Assembly: GCA_016778305.1 (NCBI GenBank)
Contig: JADHPT010000001.1
Location: 64,320-128,319 of the forward strand
Direction of reading: 5' to 3'
DNA length: 64,000 nucleotides
From: Poseidonia sp.
Lineage (GTDB): Archaea > Thermoplasmatota > Poseidoniia > Poseidoniales > Poseidoniaceae
Positions 62,001 to 64,000 of this stretch are shown here, one piece after another. The position numbers and the translations under genes were made by a program. A model generated the notes under the pieces. The model was not told the origin of the DNA. It saw only the letters and a program-made list of their open reading frames with translations, and searched no databases. Each line of letters opens with the position of its first letter. Position 1 is the stretch's first letter.

Positions 62001-62127
62001 AGACCGCATGGTTGATACTGATGGGGACGGACACGTGAACTATTGTGAATACAAATGGGATACTAACCCTCGAAATCCAGTCTCTTATCCAGGTCAGGGT
62101 GAATTGTGTGACCCCTTTAGTGATTGA
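59044..62127 (+). CDS. Acidic Ca-binding surface protein with about 25 DxDxDG (bacterial TSP3-like) repeats
   Basis: N-terminal TM/signal; repeated DTDxDGLxDGxE...T.P..AD units. Confidence 0.85.
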   Translation: MSIKHNQMATIAIISTLIFGTLFVGISGFFQTNESIGGFESAVEEDLRGEADLMAEAIDTDGDGLSDKLEETQYGTDVNDADTDNDGMSDGWEVQHGLNPLDNGESDDINTDPTQSEETEDATIANETDSWPDPNQGPTGDPDRDGLTNQAEQELGTDPQRADTDNDGLNDRWESLYTMAVQTPGGEVTLFNPLDGNWDCLLLDQAMVDALETRFNGENGIADWDDLASNDRHSCDMVLDTDDDGLANFEEEAFGTNPTARDSDMDLIDDIVEISNESIGLFTGMGENCNEALLDPEPRIGPFFGVERSWFMMDMDGDGLLNGPSDWDTDGDGMPDGFEYCYSIEELAPNAAQVLNPSNASDGYGDWDEDGMNNLEEYQVAQIFGEGNFTSPWLKDTDQDDMPDQWEAANGLHPRSAVNRNQDPDRDGWDADNDGQVMFSALENSAVVHAIDVVLDEQVEANETVARARITLGGGNQQIVNLLAPVDGYVYGIHVAVGDTVDSRLFSWISIVEAEEQFTNVMEYQANDRDQDGVLDGRSTDPLNADTDGDGLIDGIEVMGWEILVVNRGVQPTWVTSDPGLFDTDSDGLSDYAEFSTVCNGGGSNASNPDTDSDGLTDLEEAGNNFMWDGEAYSTSPCMFDTDNDGLEDGEEVVAGEDNFLTHANNSDTDDDGLVDGQEVLFVPRPFQNPTNPLLNDTDADGMLDGWEMQVKSTEDNTNSHSLWVATSTWLRPGCDTSSQSNSCTMQPGGYEWQNWLGGFALEPKFAVSEMNLTGFLMPGNSLCDGCNGRWALDPSLDSLKDDTFDIDNDTLANGLEGPDRWDTNPVDDDSDGDLLPDGWEVYYSQLAFETGLVDNSTIGAYGARGVMDPSMPDSDLDGIDDGYEDPDNDGLNKTGLIKRYCPGFNDTTNSECNIDPTTPDGQRFYDNLENYTNYEEMQNGTNPITNDTDGDDWNDGPEVYYQDHDDDGMATGWEFHFQFDPFDGADRMVDTDGDGHVNYCEYKWDTNPRNPVSYPGQGELCDPFSD

Positions 62128-62131
62128 TTAG

Positions 62132-63706
62132 ATGATGATTATGGACGAGCGTATTGGATTCCGAAGGGAATTAACGCTCCTGTTTGTGACACTCCTTTGC
62201 CTTGCGCATCTGCCGATTCAATCGTCGAGTTCTGATGATCCTGCCATGACCAATTACTCAAATGGCTTTACCTTTGACCAATCGCATGGACTCAATACTC
62301 AGTCCTCACTTCTTCTCACCGGAGTCTCTCAACAACCCTTACGCAATACCACTTGGTCCTTGGTGAACATCAGCACTTCAACACCCATTACATTGCTCAA
62401 TGGCCCGTATCTCACGTCCGTGAGACCGGTTGGAGAAGATTCCTTCAGTTGGAGTTTAGACATCAACGTAACGGGTATTGATTGTACCTGCTTCATCAGT
62501 TTGCAGACCAATTGGCAAGAAGATGCATCCTTTGAACCGTTTTTGATTGCCTTCCTCGGTCATGCACATCACCGCCCTGTTATGCTTGAGGAACTTGGCG
62601 ATGGAAGCATGCTTGGATCCATTGAGGCCCCACCAATGGTCAGTAGCGACTCCATTGACCTTGTTTTCAATTTAATTACACCATCAGGGAATTATGACGA
62701 TCTCCAAATTGAAACCGAAATTTGTCTCGCACCCTACGGTGTTTGTCTTGAGGAACCAGCAGCAGTCACCATTCCCCATTCCTCTCAAGGGCATACGGTG
62801 ACCCTCTTGCTCAATCAATCAATGCTTTCTCTTGATGATGGTATTTGGTTCATTGACGTTTCAATAATGGATGAACTCTTACGGACGAGTGGGAAGGTTC
62901 GAAGCAGCCTGACCTTCGATTCCACTCCTCCTTCTGGGGCCATATCAGGAACGGATCGTGTCACAGAAGGAGAAGAATTTCAGTTGTATGCGGAACTTTC
63001 CGACGGTTACGAAGGAAGTAAGTTAAGCAGCATGTGGTCCCTTCATCACGAGAATGGAACTGTTCGTACAGTTGATGAATACGAATTGCTCCAATCAGGG
63101 GCGCTCCTCCTTAATCTAACAGATTCCGGTGAATATTTCGTAGAACTTTTTGTTCGTGACCAAGCCGGATATTCTGTCAAATTACGGCATAACTTTACCG
63201 TTGAAAACATCAAACCTCAAGTAATTCTTGTTGCCGACGGATTACAGATAAGCGGAGCACAACGGGTTGAAGTTGGACCCGGTAGCAACTGGACACTTGA
63301 TGGTACACTCAGTTTAGATAACGAAGCGATTGACTATCTTTGGGTCATTGATGATACCACATCCATTCGAGGTCAAGATGAATTGACGGCAGCTGACTTT
63401 GCCGGACAAGGACTTTACGAGGTTGAATTAATCGTTTTTGATGATGACGGTGCGACCGATTCAATCAAATTTGAAATTCTGATTTCTTCATCTGATGATC
63501 AGATCAGTCAAATGGTGACGCCTCTACAGGGATTTAGTTTCCTCCTGTTACTTGCCCTGGCCGTCACAATTGCGATACGGTCGACAAAAAAAGTAGATTT
63601 TGATATCCCAAAATGGAAGGCAACGGAGGATTCCCCTTCCTTAGAGAATATCCATTCCTCATACGGGTCGGATGCAACGGTTGAAGAAGACGAAGCGCGA
63701 GGGTGA
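62132..63706 (+). CDS. Secreted/anchored PKD/Ig-like domain protein
   Basis: Signal peptide, LDGTLSLD...YLW, GLYEVELIVFDDDGA (PKD), C-terminal TM. Confidence 0.75.
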   Translation: MMIMDERIGFRRELTLLFVTLLCLAHLPIQSSSSDDPAMTNYSNGFTFDQSHGLNTQSSLLLTGVSQQPLRNTTWSLVNISTSTPITLLNGPYLTSVRPVGEDSFSWSLDINVTGIDCTCFISLQTNWQEDASFEPFLIAFLGHAHHRPVMLEELGDGSMLGSIEAPPMVSSDSIDLVFNLITPSGNYDDLQIETEICLAPYGVCLEEPAAVTIPHSSQGHTVTLLLNQSMLSLDDGIWFIDVSIMDELLRTSGKVRSSLTFDSTPPSGAISGTDRVTEGEEFQLYAELSDGYEGSKLSSMWSLHHENGTVRTVDEYELLQSGALLLNLTDSGEYFVELFVRDQAGYSVKLRHNFTVENIKPQVILVADGLQISGAQRVEVGPGSNWTLDGTLSLDNEAIDYLWVIDDTTSIRGQDELTAADFAGQGLYEVELIVFDDDGATDSIKFEILISSSDDQISQMVTPLQGFSFLLLLALAVTIAIRSTKKVDFDIPKWKATEDSPSLENIHSSYGSDATVEEDEARG

Positions 63707-63709
63707 ATC

Positions 63710-64000
63710 ATGTTCGCAGAGGCGCATGCAAGGTTGCCTGACCGACCTGCACCAACGACACTTGATGAATTCCGTCTGCGCCAGCAGCGTCTTGTTTCCC
63801 AATTCCGCCATGATGATCTGCTTATCCTTTGTTCACCAACAATGGCTACACATTCAAATGACGTCCACTACCGGTATCGCACAACCAGCGACCTGCTTTA
63901 TCTTACAGGGTGGGTTGACCCTGAAGCCACGCTTGTAATGCGGTGTGTTGAAGGCACGTGGATGACCCACCTCTTTGTACAACCCAAGGATACACTCAAG
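63710..64000 (+). CDS. pepP: Xaa-Pro aminopeptidase N-terminal domain, 3'-truncated by window edge
   Basis: MFAEAH..EFRLRQQRL...SNDVHYRYRTTSDLLYLTGW.DPEA (AMP_N signature); not in the ORF track. Confidence 0.8.
   Translation, partial: MFAEAHARLPDRPAPTTLDEFRLRQQRLVSQFRHDDLLILCSPTMATHSNDVHYRYRTTSDLLYLTGWVDPEATLVMRCVEGTWMTHLFVQPKDTLK

Noticed and set aside
59044-62127. CRISPR or DNA tandem repeat
   Set aside because: The repetition is at protein level with synonymous divergence. I saw no repeat-spacer array anywhere in the window.

Overview
This is a gene-dense archaeal core-genome window, most likely Marine Group II Euryarchaeota (Ca. Poseidoniales). That taxonomy is an inference from the archaeal 23S/5S with no linked 16S, the archaeal information genes, several bacterial-type genes (adk, rmuC, dinB, ProDH) and giant CARDB/FG-GAP/Ca-repeat surface proteins. 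The window holds about 45 CDS, a stand-alone 23S-5S unit, tRNA-Ser(GGA) and tRNA-Thr(GGT). I found no CRISPR array, transposase or integrase. Main signals: (1) a four-gene candidate DNA-damage-tolerance ('mutasome'-like) cassette of small PolB2-associated protein, PolB2, Walker-A-dead RadA-like protein and DinB, with back-to-back promoters, clamp-binding tails and a tandem ANTTTC element; (2) an unannotated 20-codon uORF plus an 11-bp anti-SD hairpin in the leader of rpoE1-spt4-rps24e-rps27ae; (3) a non-canonical TATA element (TTCAAA-like) fixed 29-31 nt upstream of many start codons, implying leaderless mRNAs; (4) a natural C2452U/A2453U/C2499U peptidyl-transferase centre; (5) convergent genes packed stop-to-stop with no room for terminators. 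All family calls come from manual motif reading, not database searches.
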